A stretch of 64,000 bases of DNA. Source: Lysobacterales bacterium. GTDB lineage: Bacteria > Pseudomonadota > Gammaproteobacteria > Xanthomonadales > UBA2363. The stretch spans positions 14,007 to 78,006 of the forward strand of contig JALOAK010000009.1 in NCBI GenBank assembly GCA_023228845.1, written 5' to 3'. The number at the start of each line of letters is the position of its first letter. Position 1 is the stretch's first letter. The notes beneath the pieces are model-generated. The model searched no databases. It was not told where the DNA came from and saw only the letters and a program-made list of their open reading frames with translations. Below, piece by piece: positions 30,609-39,857 of the stretch. Both the position numbers and the translations under genes were made by a program.

Positions 30609-33600
30609 TTACTCCTCATCCTGTTCGGAAACCGGGTCGCTATCGAGCAGGATCTGGAAGCCGTCGCGGAACAGCACCAGCCAACTGCGCGCGCTGGCGC
30701 TGACCGGATGATGATGTTCGGCTTCGGCATAGGCCTGCACCACCACCTCGTCGCCGGCGGCATCGATGCGCACCGGTGCGCTGATCAGGTACTGCACCTG
30801 GCCGCCGGCCGCCAGGGCCAGGCCGTCATCGTCGAGCGAGCCGGTCCCGGAGGCGCGGCAGCCGCTGTCCAGGTCCAGGCAGAACCACTCGGCCTGGGTC
30901 AGGTCCAGTTGCACTGGCAGCGGCACCAGCACGGTGCCCTGGGTTGCCGGGTCCTGGCCGGTGTTGCGCAGGGTCACCAGCCAGGCGGCGTGCGAGCCGT
31001 AGGCGAGGTGTTCCAGGCCGTTGTCGATGTCCAGCGCCAGCGTCACTGCCGGCGGCAGGTTGGTCAGTTCGAAAACCACTGGCTCGGCGATGCCCGCGAC
31101 ACTGGCCTGGATCGCGTAGCTGCCGGGCACGTTGTTGGCGCTGACGGCCACGGTCACCTGGCCTTGCTCATTGCTGCTGGCCTGGCCGGGAATGATGGCG
31201 CCGGCACCGCTGGCAGGCCCCTGGAAGCTGACGCTGACACCGGGTACCGGCAGGCCGGCATCGTTGCTGACGGCCAGCACCAGCGGCTCGGCAAAGCCGG
31301 TGTTGATCCGGGCCGACTGGCCGCTGCCGGAGACAATTGTCAGCACGCTGGCCGGGGCCAGGGTGAAGCTGGCATGCAGGGTGCAGCCGGCGCTGACCGG
31401 ATCCAGTGTGTAGACATCATCGGCCAGGCTGCCCTGGCAGTTGGTCCGGACGCCTTCAACCCGATAGCCCGCATCGGGGAGGAGTGAGAACGCAGGCGTG
31501 TCACCGTAGTCGACGGTGATCGTGCCGTCCGGATCGATGCTGCCGTTGTCACCGGCGCTGGCAATGATCTGGAAGGTGTCGATGGCGAAGCGGGCGTGCA
31601 GCGCACAGTCGGCCGTCACCGGATCCAGAGTGTAGACATCGCCGTCCAGTGCGCCGCTGCAACTGCCGCTGACTTCCTCCAGGTGATGACCGGTATCGGG
31701 TGTCACGGTGAAGCTGGGCATATCGCCGTAGTCCACCGTGATCGTGCCGTCTGGATCGATGCTGCCGTGGTCACCGACGCTGGCGCTGACCTGGAAGGTG
31801 TCGATGGCGAAGCGGGCGTGCAGCGCGCAGTCGGCCGTGACCGGTTCCAGGGTGAAGACATAGCCAGCCAGCGTGCCGATGCAACTGCCGCTGACCTCGT
31901 CCAGGTGGTGGCCGGTATCGGGTGTCAGGGTGAAGCTGGGCGTGTCGCCGTAGTCCACCGTGATCGTGCCGTCCGGATCGATGCTGCCGTCGTCACCGGC
32001 ACTGGCACTGATCTGGAAGGTGTCGATGGCGAAGCGGGCGTGCAGCGCGCAGTCGGCCGTGACCGGTTCCAGGGTGAAGACATCGCCAGCCAGTGTGCCG
32101 ATGCAACTGCCGCTGACCTCGTCCAGGTGGTGGCCGGTATCGGGTGTCACGGTGAAGCTGGGCGTGTCGCCGTAGTCGACGGTCAGCATGCCCGTCGGGT
32201 TGATCGCACCGTTGTCGCCGGCGCTGGCGCCGATCTGGAAGGTGTCGATGGCGAAGCTGGCGTGCAGAGTGCAGTGGAACATGACCGGTTCCAGGGTGAA
32301 GACGTTACCGGCCAGCGTGCCCGGGCAGTCGCTGCTGAGCGTGTCCAGGTGATGGCCGGTGTCGGGGGTGACGACGAAGCTGGGCGTGTCGCCATAGTCG
32401 ACAGTGAACATGCCCGCCGGGCTGATGCTGCCGTGGTCACCGGCACTGGCGCTGACCTGGAAGGTGTCGATGGCGAAGAAGACGTAGATCGTGCAATCAC
32501 TGGTAACCGGCGCCAGGATGTAGGCATTGCCGATCCATTCACCGATGCAACTGCTGCTGATGCTGCTTATGTGATGACCGGTGGCGGCAGCGAGAACAAA
32601 GCTGGGCGTATCGCCATGTTCCACCGTGATGACGCCCGCCGGGCTGATCGTGCCATTGCCGGTGGCGATGGTTTCGACCTGCCAGGTGTCGATGGCAAAT
32701 ACCGGCGCCACGGTGCAGTCGCCCGCCACCGGCGCGGTGGTGAACACCAGGCCATCCAGGCTTCCGCCACAGGTGCCGCCCACGGCGGCCAGGTGGTGGT
32801 TGGAAGCCGGCTGCATCTGGAAGCTGGCGCTGGCGCCGATGCCGACCAGTTGCGCGGTGTCCGGGCTGATGGTGCCGTTGGCCGCGGCGACCGGCGTGAT
32901 CCAGGCCGAGGGCAGGGCGCTGCCGGACAGGTCCACCACCAGCAGTGCCGCTTGCTGATTGCTGTCGACCACCAGTTGCGCCTGATGGCCTTCGGCGCCG
33001 GCAGCGACATGGTCGGGATGGTAGGTCAGCGTCAGTTGGCAACTGTCGCCGGGCAGCAGGACAGCGCAGGCGCTGGCGTGCGCCAATGAGAACTGGCCGG
33101 CGTCGGGGCCTTGCAGTTGCATCGGGCCGAGCAGCAGCTCCACGTCCGGCGACTGGTTGTGCAGGGTCAGCACGCGGCTGTCCTGATCGTCGACCAGGGT
33201 CGGGCCGAACTGCAGGCTGGCCTGGTCGCCGACCAGGTCGGGCGCGGTGCCGGTCAATCGCATCATGGCGCTGGGGTCGGTGTTGAACCAGACCGGGCCG
33301 CTGCCGGGGTACAGCAGCATCTGGACGCCGAGAACGTGGTCCTCGGCGCGCAGGATGGTGGCGCTGCCGCTGGCCCCGAAGTGGCCCGAGCCCAGGACCA
33401 GGGCGTACTCGCCGGGCGGCAGCAGCACATCATCGAAGGAGGCGCTGGCCTTGCGGTAGCCGGGTTGGCCAGCAATCAAGGTGCTGGCGATGGCCTGGTC
33501 GGCAAAGCCGGCACTGGTGGGCAAGGGCGGCCTGGCCCAGGAACCGGCGAGTGGAAAGATGGCGCCATAGAGCGTGCCCGACGAGCCCATCAACCAGGTG

Positions 33601-34397
33601 TCGACCTGGTCGATGCGGGTGCTGCGCTCCAGGTTGAAGCGCATGACATAGGTATTGCTGGCATTGATGTTGGTGCCGCCACTGGTCCAGGCCCAGGGGC
33701 GGGCGCTTTCGATCATGAATGCCCGCGTCGATACCGGCTCGGGCGGCAGCCAGTGGCCGGAGACGAACAGGCGCAACCGCGCTTGGTGCGTGGTGATATT
33801 GCCAGTGACCGGGTTCACCGAGTAGGGGCCGCGCGATTGGCTTGTCACCGGCATGCCGGTATTGGCCAGGGAGACATTGTGATTGGCGGCGGTGGCACCA
33901 TGCCGGTTCAGCCCGAGAACGATGGCGTACCAGCCCGGCTCCAGCACCAGATCAACCGGGCCGCTGACGTCCTGGATGTCATGGCTGGTCGTGCTCAGCA
34001 GGGTGGTGGCCAGCAGGGTGCTGTCAGCGGGCACATCCGGCGAGGTCATCGGTGTATCCACCTGGTACAGGCCGGCGAACACCGAGCGTCCGGGGATGCC
34101 GATCAGCCGACCGCCCAAGGCGGTGACATGGGCCCGCTCGGTCAGGCGGAAGGTGTGGCCGGGGAACGAGGTGGGCATGACACTGAGGCCGCCACCGGGC
34201 TCGGTGGTCGGCACGGCAGTGCTTTCAAACAGGATCGTTGCCGGGGTGCCGGCCGGAGCATCAGTGCCGGCGTGGCCCTGGCCGGCCAGTGCGGCGAGCA
34301 CGATCAGGGCGGACATCAACACTGGCCAGCGCCGATGCATGCTGCCGATGGACGTGGCGCGCGGGCGGCGAACGCCGTGTGCGGTCGTGGTGATCAT
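30609..34397 (-). CDS. 1262-aa secreted repeat protein (InlB-B-repeat-like x7, Ig-like, DUF11-like), ending in LFRDGFQ...
   Basis: ATG (CAT 34395-34397) is preceded by GGGGAG. Signal peptide ...WPVLMSALIVLAALAGQGHA. A HYDIN/choice-of-anchor-D-like segment is followed by seven ~74-aa repeats FAIDTFQ.SASAGD.GSI.P.G..TVDYGDTPSF..TPDTGHH....SGSC.GTL....FTLEPV...C.LHA. Confidence 0.85.
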   Translation of the reverse strand: MITTTAHGVRRPRATSIGSMHRRWPVLMSALIVLAALAGQGHAGTDAPAGTPATILFESTAVPTTEPGGGLSVMPTSFPGHTFRLTERAHVTALGGRLIGIPGRSVFAGLYQVDTPMTSPDVPADSTLLATTLLSTTSHDIQDVSGPVDLVLEPGWYAIVLGLNRHGATAANHNVSLANTGMPVTSQSRGPYSVNPVTGNITTHQARLRLFVSGHWLPPEPVSTRAFMIESARPWAWTSGGTNINASNTYVMRFNLERSTRIDQVDTWLMGSSGTLYGAIFPLAGSWARPPLPTSAGFADQAIASTLIAGQPGYRKASASFDDVLLPPGEYALVLGSGHFGASGSATILRAEDHVLGVQMLLYPGSGPVWFNTDPSAMMRLTGTAPDLVGDQASLQFGPTLVDDQDSRVLTLHNQSPDVELLLGPMQLQGPDAGQFSLAHASACAVLLPGDSCQLTLTYHPDHVAAGAEGHQAQLVVDSNQQAALLVVDLSGSALPSAWITPVAAANGTISPDTAQLVGIGASASFQMQPASNHHLAAVGGTCGGSLDGLVFTTAPVAGDCTVAPVFAIDTWQVETIATGNGTISPAGVITVEHGDTPSFVLAAATGHHISSISSSCIGEWIGNAYILAPVTSDCTIYVFFAIDTFQVSASAGDHGSISPAGMFTVDYGDTPSFVVTPDTGHHLDTLSSDCPGTLAGNVFTLEPVMFHCTLHASFAIDTFQIGASAGDNGAINPTGMLTVDYGDTPSFTVTPDTGHHLDEVSGSCIGTLAGDVFTLEPVTADCALHARFAIDTFQISASAGDDGSIDPDGTITVDYGDTPSFTLTPDTGHHLDEVSGSCIGTLAGYVFTLEPVTADCALHARFAIDTFQVSASVGDHGSIDPDGTITVDYGDMPSFTVTPDTGHHLEEVSGSCSGALDGDVYTLDPVTADCALHARFAIDTFQIIASAGDNGSIDPDGTITVDYGDTPAFSLLPDAGYRVEGVRTNCQGSLADDVYTLDPVSAGCTLHASFTLAPASVLTIVSGSGQSARINTGFAEPLVLAVSNDAGLPVPGVSVSFQGPASGAGAIIPGQASSNEQGQVTVAVSANNVPGSYAIQASVAGIAEPVVFELTNLPPAVTLALDIDNGLEHLAYGSHAAWLVTLRNTGQDPATQGTVLVPLPVQLDLTQAEWFCLDLDSGCRASGTGSLDDDGLALAAGGQVQYLISAPVRIDAAGDEVVVQAYAEAEHHHPVSASARSWLVLFRDGFQILLDSDPVSEQDEE
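31350..32903 (-). repeat. 7 x 222-bp in-frame tandem coding repeats inside the giant exoprotein gene
   Basis: The anchor gaaggtgtcgatggcgaa recurs at 31572, 31794, 32016, 32238 and 32460 (degenerate copy at 32682), a period of exactly 222 nt. The central units are near-identical at nucleotide level. Confidence 0.9.
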
Positions 34398-34654
34398 GTG
34401 GCTCCCCTGTTCGCAATGGATGCTGGTATTCGGCGGTGCTGCGGCGCCCGGCGTTGGCTCGGTCGCGGCCTGGTTCTTGGCCTGTGTCTGGTACAGCGCC
34501 GTTTTTGCCGGGATTCCCTCACCACCGGTCGGCACCTTCTGCCGGCATGGCAGCAAGTGGCAGCCAGCGGCAGCACAATCGCCCGCGGCCATCACCCTGC
34601 GCCCGCACGGGCGTCGCGTAGAATGGCGTTCCGAAACGCAGACTTGAGGTTTCA

Positions 34655-35977
34655 ATGCACAGGATCGATCTGCTGATCGAGCCGGAATGGCTGCTTGCCA
34701 TCGAGCCCGACGATGCCGTGCTCAGCGGCCACGCCGTCGCCGTCGATGGCGGCGCGATCGTCGCCGTGCTGCCGGCCGCGCAGGCGCGCGAGCGCTATGA
34801 TGCCGCCGAGCATGTGCGCCTGCCCGGCCATGCCCTGCTGCCGGGCCTGGTCAACAGCCACGTGCACAACCCGATGACGCTGATGCGCGGCATCGCCGAC
34901 GATCTGCCGCTGATGGTCTGGCTCAAGGAGCACATCTGGCCGGCCGAGGCGCGCGTGCTCGGCCCGCAGTTCGTGCGTGACGGTGTCGAGCTGGCCATTG
35001 CCGAGATGTTGCTGGGCGGCACCACCTGCTGCAGCGAGCATTATTTCTTTCCCGATGCCATCGCCGACACTTACCGCAAGCACGGTTTCCGGGCCATGGT
35101 CGGCCTGCCGGTGATCGATTTCGCCACGCCCTGGGCGGCCAACCCGGACCAATATTTCGACAAGGCACTGACCGTGCACGCCGATCTGGCCGGCGAGCCG
35201 CTGCTGTCGACCTGCTTCGTGCCGCATGCGCCGTACACGGTGAACGACGACTCGATGCGCCGCTTGCGCGAGCTGTCGGAAAAACTCGATCTGCGGGTGC
35301 ACATGCACGTGCACGAGACCGCCCAGGAAGTTGACGAATCACTGCAGCAGTATGGCCAGCGGCCGCTGGCGCGGCTGCAGGCGCTGGGCCTGATCAACGA
35401 GCGCCTGCTGGCGGTGCACATGACCCAGCTCACCAGCGCCGAGATCGAGCTGTGCGCGAGCAACAAGGTCACCGTGATCCACTGTCCGGAATCCAACCTC
35501 AAGCTGGCCAGCGGTTTCTGTCCGGTGGCGCAACTCCAGCAGGCCGGCGTGCAACCGACCCTGGGCACCGACGGCGCGGCCTCCAACAATGATCTGGACA
35601 TGATCGGCGAGATGCGCAGTGCCGGCCTGCTGGCCAAGGCGGTCAGCGGCAATCCGGCGGCGATGCCGGCGCGGCAGGTGCTGCGCATGGCCACGCTGCA
35701 GGGCGCGCGCGCGCTGGGCATGGACGGGGCGATCGGCTCGATTGAGCCGGGCAAGCGCGCCGACCTGATCGCCGTCGACCTGTCCGGCGTGTCCACCCAG
35801 CCGGTCTACGATCCGGTCTCGCAGTTGGTCTATGCCGCCAGCCGCGACCACGTGCGCCAGGTCTGGCTCGATGGCCGGCGCCGGGTGCGCGACGGCGAGC
35901 TGGTCGACATGGATGTCCAGGACATCCTGGAACGGGCACGCACCTGGCACGGGCGCATCAGCGCCCCGGCGGCATGA
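34655..35977 (+). CDS. TRZ/ATZ-family amidohydrolase, likely 5-methylthioadenosine/S-adenosylhomocysteine deaminase (MtaD-like)
   Basis: GLVNSHVHNPMTLMRG (HxH), HMHVHET and GTDGAASNNDLDM. It lies directly upstream of ubiG, as commonly seen in gammaproteobacteria. Confidence 0.8.
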   Translation: MHRIDLLIEPEWLLAIEPDDAVLSGHAVAVDGGAIVAVLPAAQARERYDAAEHVRLPGHALLPGLVNSHVHNPMTLMRGIADDLPLMVWLKEHIWPAEARVLGPQFVRDGVELAIAEMLLGGTTCCSEHYFFPDAIADTYRKHGFRAMVGLPVIDFATPWAANPDQYFDKALTVHADLAGEPLLSTCFVPHAPYTVNDDSMRRLRELSEKLDLRVHMHVHETAQEVDESLQQYGQRPLARLQALGLINERLLAVHMTQLTSAEIELCASNKVTVIHCPESNLKLASGFCPVAQLQQAGVQPTLGTDGAASNNDLDMIGEMRSAGLLAKAVSGNPAAMPARQVLRMATLQGARALGMDGAIGSIEPGKRADLIAVDLSGVSTQPVYDPVSQLVYAASRDHVRQVWLDGRRRVRDGELVDMDVQDILERARTWHGRISAPAA

Positions 35978-36747
35978 CCATGGCCATGATCGACAGCAAT
36001 CGCACCGACGCAACCGACAACGCCAGCGCTGGCGGCAACGTCGATCCAGCCGAGCTGGAGCGCTTCGGCCGCCTGGCCGCGCGCTGGTGGGATCCTGACG
36101 GCCCGATGCGGCCGCTGCACGATCTCAATCCGGTGCGTCTTGAATTCGTCGCCCAGCATGCCGCGCAGGCGCCGGCCGGTGGGCTCGACGGCGTCCGGGT
36201 GCTCGATGTCGGCTGCGGCGGTGGCTTGCTGGCCGAGGCCATGGCCCGGCGCGGCGCCGAAGTGACGGCGCTGGATCTGGCCGCGCCGCTGCTGGAAGTG
36301 GCGCGCATGCATGCCGCCGAAGAAGAACTGAGCATCGACTACCGGCTGCAACCGGTGCAGGAACACGCCGGGCAGCGGCCCGGCCATTACGACCTCATCA
36401 CCTGCATGGAGATGGTCGAGCACGTGCCCGATCCGGCCGCGATCGTCGCGGCCTGCGCCCGCCTGCTGCGTCCCGGTGGCGTGCTCTGCCTGTCGACCAT
36501 CAACCGCAGCGCCAAGGCCTTCGCCCTGGCCATCGTCGGCGCCGAATATGTGCTCGGCCTGCTGCCGCGCGGCACGCACGAATACGCGCGCCTGATCCGG
36601 CCCAGCGAGCTGGCGGCCTGGTGCCGCCACGCCGGCCTTGACCAGCGCCAGTTGCGCGGCATGCATTACGACCCGTTCCGGCGCCGCGCCTGGCTGGGTG
36701 CAGACGTCGGCGTCAACTACCTGTTCGCCGCTGCGCGCCCGGCGTGA
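35974..36747 (+). CDS. ubiG: Bifunctional 3-demethylubiquinone / 2-polyprenyl-6-hydroxyphenol O-methyltransferase
   Basis: ELERFGRLAARWWDPDGPMRPLHDLNPVRL, the SAM motif VLDVGCGGGLLAEAMA, and CMEMVEHVPDP. Confidence 0.93.
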   Translation: MTMAMIDSNRTDATDNASAGGNVDPAELERFGRLAARWWDPDGPMRPLHDLNPVRLEFVAQHAAQAPAGGLDGVRVLDVGCGGGLLAEAMARRGAEVTALDLAAPLLEVARMHAAEEELSIDYRLQPVQEHAGQRPGHYDLITCMEMVEHVPDPAAIVAACARLLRPGGVLCLSTINRSAKAFALAIVGAEYVLGLLPRGTHEYARLIRPSELAAWCRHAGLDQRQLRGMHYDPFRRRAWLGADVGVNYLFAAARPA

Positions 36748-37463
36748 ACCGGCAGCGGGTGCATGCGGTGCTGTTCGATCTGGACGGCACGATTCTGGAT
36801 ACCGCGCCGGACCTGCTCGCCGCGCTCAATGGCCTGCGTGCGCAGCGCGGCCTGGCAGCGGTGGCGATGGACGGTTTTCGCTCACTGGTGTCGCGCGGCT
36901 CGCGCGCCATGCTGGACTGGGGCGTGCCCGGTTTCGCCGGTGCCGACGAGGTCCGGCGCCGGGCCGACATCGATGATTTCCTGGACATCTACCTGGCCGA
37001 TGTCTGCAGCCGCACCTGCCTTTTCGATGGCATGGCGGCCCTGCTCGATGATCTGGCCGCCCGCGACCTGCCACTGGCGGTGGTCACCAACAAGCCGATC
37101 CTGCTGGCCCAGCAGGTGCTCGATCACCTGGGCCTGAGCCGGCGTTTCGGCGCCATCCTGGGTGGCGACAGCCTGGCCCGGCGCAAGCCCGATCCGCTGC
37201 CGGTGCTGACCGCCTGCACCCAGCTCGGCGTCGAGCCCGAGCGCGCATTGATGGTTGGCGATGATGCCCGCGACATCCTCGCCGGTCGTGCCGCCGGCTG
37301 CACCACGGTCGCCGTCACCTGGGGCTATGGCAGCGCCGATGACATCGCCGGCTGGCAACCGGATGTGGTCATCGATCAGCCCGGCCAGTTGCTGCCGCTG
37401 CTCGACGCGCCACCCGCTGCCCCAGCGCTCAACACCGGCACCGGCGGCAGCTCGCAGCCATGA
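36744..37463 (+). CDS. gph: HAD-family phosphoglycolate phosphatase
   Basis: GTG start overlaps the ubiG stop. LFDLDGTILDT (HAD motif I), VVTNKP, and GDDARDILAGRAAG (motif IV). Confidence 0.75.
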   Translation: MNRQRVHAVLFDLDGTILDTAPDLLAALNGLRAQRGLAAVAMDGFRSLVSRGSRAMLDWGVPGFAGADEVRRRADIDDFLDIYLADVCSRTCLFDGMAALLDDLAARDLPLAVVTNKPILLAQQVLDHLGLSRRFGAILGGDSLARRKPDPLPVLTACTQLGVEPERALMVGDDARDILAGRAAGCTTVAVTWGYGSADDIAGWQPDVVIDQPGQLLPLLDAPPAAPALNTGTGGSSQP

Positions 37464-38392
37464 GCGCGTCCGCTGCGCATCGGCCATCCGGGCCAGATGG
37501 CGTTGGTAGTGCCGGTCCCGACAACGCCACTGCTGGCGGCCCTGCGGAAGGACCGGACGGGAACCAGAACGACAACGCCGCCCGGGGTTTCATCGACACC
37601 TGGCTGGCCGCCGAACCCTGGCATCGCCTGCCCGGCGCCTTCGAGCCGGCGCCGCAGCGGCCGGTGCGCCAGTGGCTGGAAGCTCTCGGCTACCAGTTGC
37701 GCTCGGCCGCACTGGACAGCTCCGACAGCCGCGTCAGCGCGGTCAAGCTGCCCTGGTGGCACGAGGAAATGACCCTGCTCGGCCGTGGCCAGCCACGGCA
37801 TCCGTTGACCCGCGTGCTTGCCGCCTTGCCGGGTAAACGTTTCGACGAGGATGCCGGCCGGCAATGGCTGCTGGCCGCCGCCCGACTTGCGGTCGATGCC
37901 AGCGATGCCGATCTGGGCGCGCGCCTGCTGCGCTGGCAGGCCTACGCCCTGGCCCAGCAACAGGCCAGCGCCGCCTGGCTGCCGGTCATCGCCGGTGACG
38001 CCGATCTGCATGGCCTGGCCCTGCTCGCCGAGCGCCTGCCGGCGATGTCCCAGGACGCCAGCCGTGGTCGCCTGCCGCTGCCACTGACGCAGATGGCCCG
38101 GCACGGCCTGGACCGCAGTTCGGTCGCTGCCGGCGCTGACAATCCGGCCGTGGCGGCGGCTGTCGCCGACTATGCCGGCGAACTGTCCGCAGTCTTGGCC
38201 GCTGCCCTTGCCGAGGCCCGCCGACGCGGCAGCCAGGCCCGCGCTTCCGGTTACCGGCGCAGCCAGGCACGGTTGGCCCAGTTGCTGGCCCGACATGTCG
38301 TCCGGCAGCCGCAGCAGGCCTGGTCGGGACGGCGCCGGCTGCCCGGCGTGCTCGCCGCCCTGGCGGTGTGGCGCGTCAGCGGCCGGCCTTGA
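37460..38392 (+). CDS. Divergent squalene/phytoene synthase-like family protein
   Basis: KLPWWHEEMTLLGRGQPRHPLTRVL resembles the conserved WW...HP segment of this fold. No clear DxxxD motif was seen, so the function is unknown. Confidence 0.45.
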   Translation: MSASAAHRPSGPDGVGSAGPDNATAGGPAEGPDGNQNDNAARGFIDTWLAAEPWHRLPGAFEPAPQRPVRQWLEALGYQLRSAALDSSDSRVSAVKLPWWHEEMTLLGRGQPRHPLTRVLAALPGKRFDEDAGRQWLLAAARLAVDASDADLGARLLRWQAYALAQQQASAAWLPVIAGDADLHGLALLAERLPAMSQDASRGRLPLPLTQMARHGLDRSSVAAGADNPAVAAAVADYAGELSAVLAAALAEARRRGSQARASGYRRSQARLAQLLARHVVRQPQQAWSGRRRLPGVLAALAVWRVSGRP

Positions 38393-38448
38393 CCGGTTGG
38401 GCCGGCGACTTTGCGGTCGTTGCGTGCCAACGCGCAAGTCCCCTGGCT

Positions 38449-38488
38449 GATTCCGGCCGGCCACGCGAAAACCGGACCTTTTTTTTTT
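38449..38488 (+). terminator. Possible weak terminator ending in a T10 tract
   Basis: tccgg...ccgga forms a 5-bp stem followed by cc and TTTTTTTTTT (38479-38488), downstream of the 37460..38392 gene. Confidence 0.3.
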
Positions 38489-38555
38489 GTCACTGGCCAG
38501 GCACGGTGGTTGCGCTATCGTGCCGGCACCCATCCATATTGAAGGCAGCAAACCC

Positions 38556-39374
38556 ATGAATCGAAACTGGTTTGGAATTTCCGCAGCCGGCAAGGCCGTG
38601 CTCATGGCGGCGGCGGTGGCGGTCACGTTCACCGCGCTGCCGGCGCAGGCGCTGGATCTGGATGAAGTCCTGGCCCGGCACTATCAGGCCCGCGGCGGCC
38701 TGGATGCGATCAAGGCCGTGGACAGCTCCCGCATCAGCGGCAGCATGGACAGCGCCGGCAATGTCTCGCCATACACGATGGAAGCCAAGCGGCCGGGCAA
38801 GCTGCGGCTGGAATTTCAGGTTTATGGCATGACCGGCATCCAGGCCGTGGATGGCGACAGCGGCTGGCAGGTGTTGCCGTTCATGGGCATCGTCGAACCC
38901 GCGCCGATGTCGGCCGACGAGTTGCGTGGCTTCCGCAACCAGGCCGACATGGATGGCGCCCTGGTCGACTGGCAGGCCAAGGGCCACAGCGTCAGCCTGG
39001 TCGGCAGCGAGGAGATCGACGGCGTCGAGGCCTGGCGGCTGGATGTCGGGCTGGCCGATGGCGACCGCCTGGTGATCTGGCTGGATGCCGAGCGCTTCCT
39101 GGACCTGAAGTGGCAGGTGCACACGCAACGCGAGGGCCAGCCGATGCAGATGGACGTTGCCATGTCCGATTACCGCCAGGTCGATGCGCTGACCATTCCG
39201 CACCGGCTGGAGCAGCAGATCCAGGGCATGCCCTTCGTGCAGGTGATGACGGTGGATGATTACCAGCTCAACGTCGACATTGATGACGCCCGCTTCGCCA
39301 TGCCGGCAGCGGCGGCAGACGCGGCCGAAGATGTTGAAGAAGCCGAGCCGGTGGCTGCCGATCAGGCACAGTAG
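38556..39374 (+). CDS. Secreted LolA-like / outer-membrane lipoprotein-sorting-like protein
   Basis: ATG 38556; signal peptide MNRNWFGISAAGKAVLMAAAVAVTFTALPAQA. The segment GKLRLEFQVYGMTGIQAVDGDSGW is typical of the LolA-fold DUF families. The C-terminal tail is acidic. Confidence 0.55.
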   Translation: MNRNWFGISAAGKAVLMAAAVAVTFTALPAQALDLDEVLARHYQARGGLDAIKAVDSSRISGSMDSAGNVSPYTMEAKRPGKLRLEFQVYGMTGIQAVDGDSGWQVLPFMGIVEPAPMSADELRGFRNQADMDGALVDWQAKGHSVSLVGSEEIDGVEAWRLDVGLADGDRLVIWLDAERFLDLKWQVHTQREGQPMQMDVAMSDYRQVDALTIPHRLEQQIQGMPFVQVMTVDDYQLNVDIDDARFAMPAAAADAAEDVEEAEPVAADQAQ

Positions 39375-39857
39375 CCGCAAGCCGGCCACGGCCAGCGACG
39401 CCGGATTTTGGCGATTGCCGGCTCGGGCGTCGCCGGCGCCGGCGGCAGGTTCTGCTGCCGGCAGAGTCAGGCCAGCACCGTGTCACCAGCAGGGTTTCCG
39501 GCACTGAACGGCGGTAATCTCAGCAACACCGCGCACATCCCGGCAACCGCCCATGCGGTCCATCCGGGCCGCGCAGTTCAGCCTGGATCAGACTTGATCA
39601 GCGATAATCCGGCCCCATACCGTTTTCTGATCGTCCGTTGACGATGATGTCGGGCCTGCCCAAACCTCTGCGCCGGCGGTCCACTGCGTCTTCCCATCAT
39701 TTCGGTTCCGCGGCCATCGCCCCTGATTGGCATGGTCTCCAGGCACCGGTGCCGGGCACCGTGCCCTTGCCGGCGCCGCGAAAAAGCCCGGCAGCGGCGG
39801 CGCTTGCCATTGCTATCGTGCGGCTGCCAACCGCTTTCCATCGAGGTATTCCCGATC

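Noticed and set aside
31350-32903. Regular 222-bp repeats considered as a possible CRISPR-like or satellite array.
   Set aside because: The repeats are contiguous, with no spacers. They are in frame and encode a conserved 74-aa protein domain within one long ORF.
34398-34655. Upstream 86 codons of ORF 30609..34655 (MKPQVCVSERH...).
   Set aside because: This stretch has no signal-peptide character. ATG 34397 has a GGGGAG site and is followed by a signal peptide. The extension would also abut the divergent gene that starts at 34655.
39375-39857. Searched the folE2 leader for a Zur box, a cobalamin riboswitch B12-box or a small ORF.
   Set aside because: No AT-rich palindrome, B12-box-like core or credible ORF was seen by eye. 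An RNA element cannot be excluded without a covariance-model search; this is reported as a low-key part of a finding instead.
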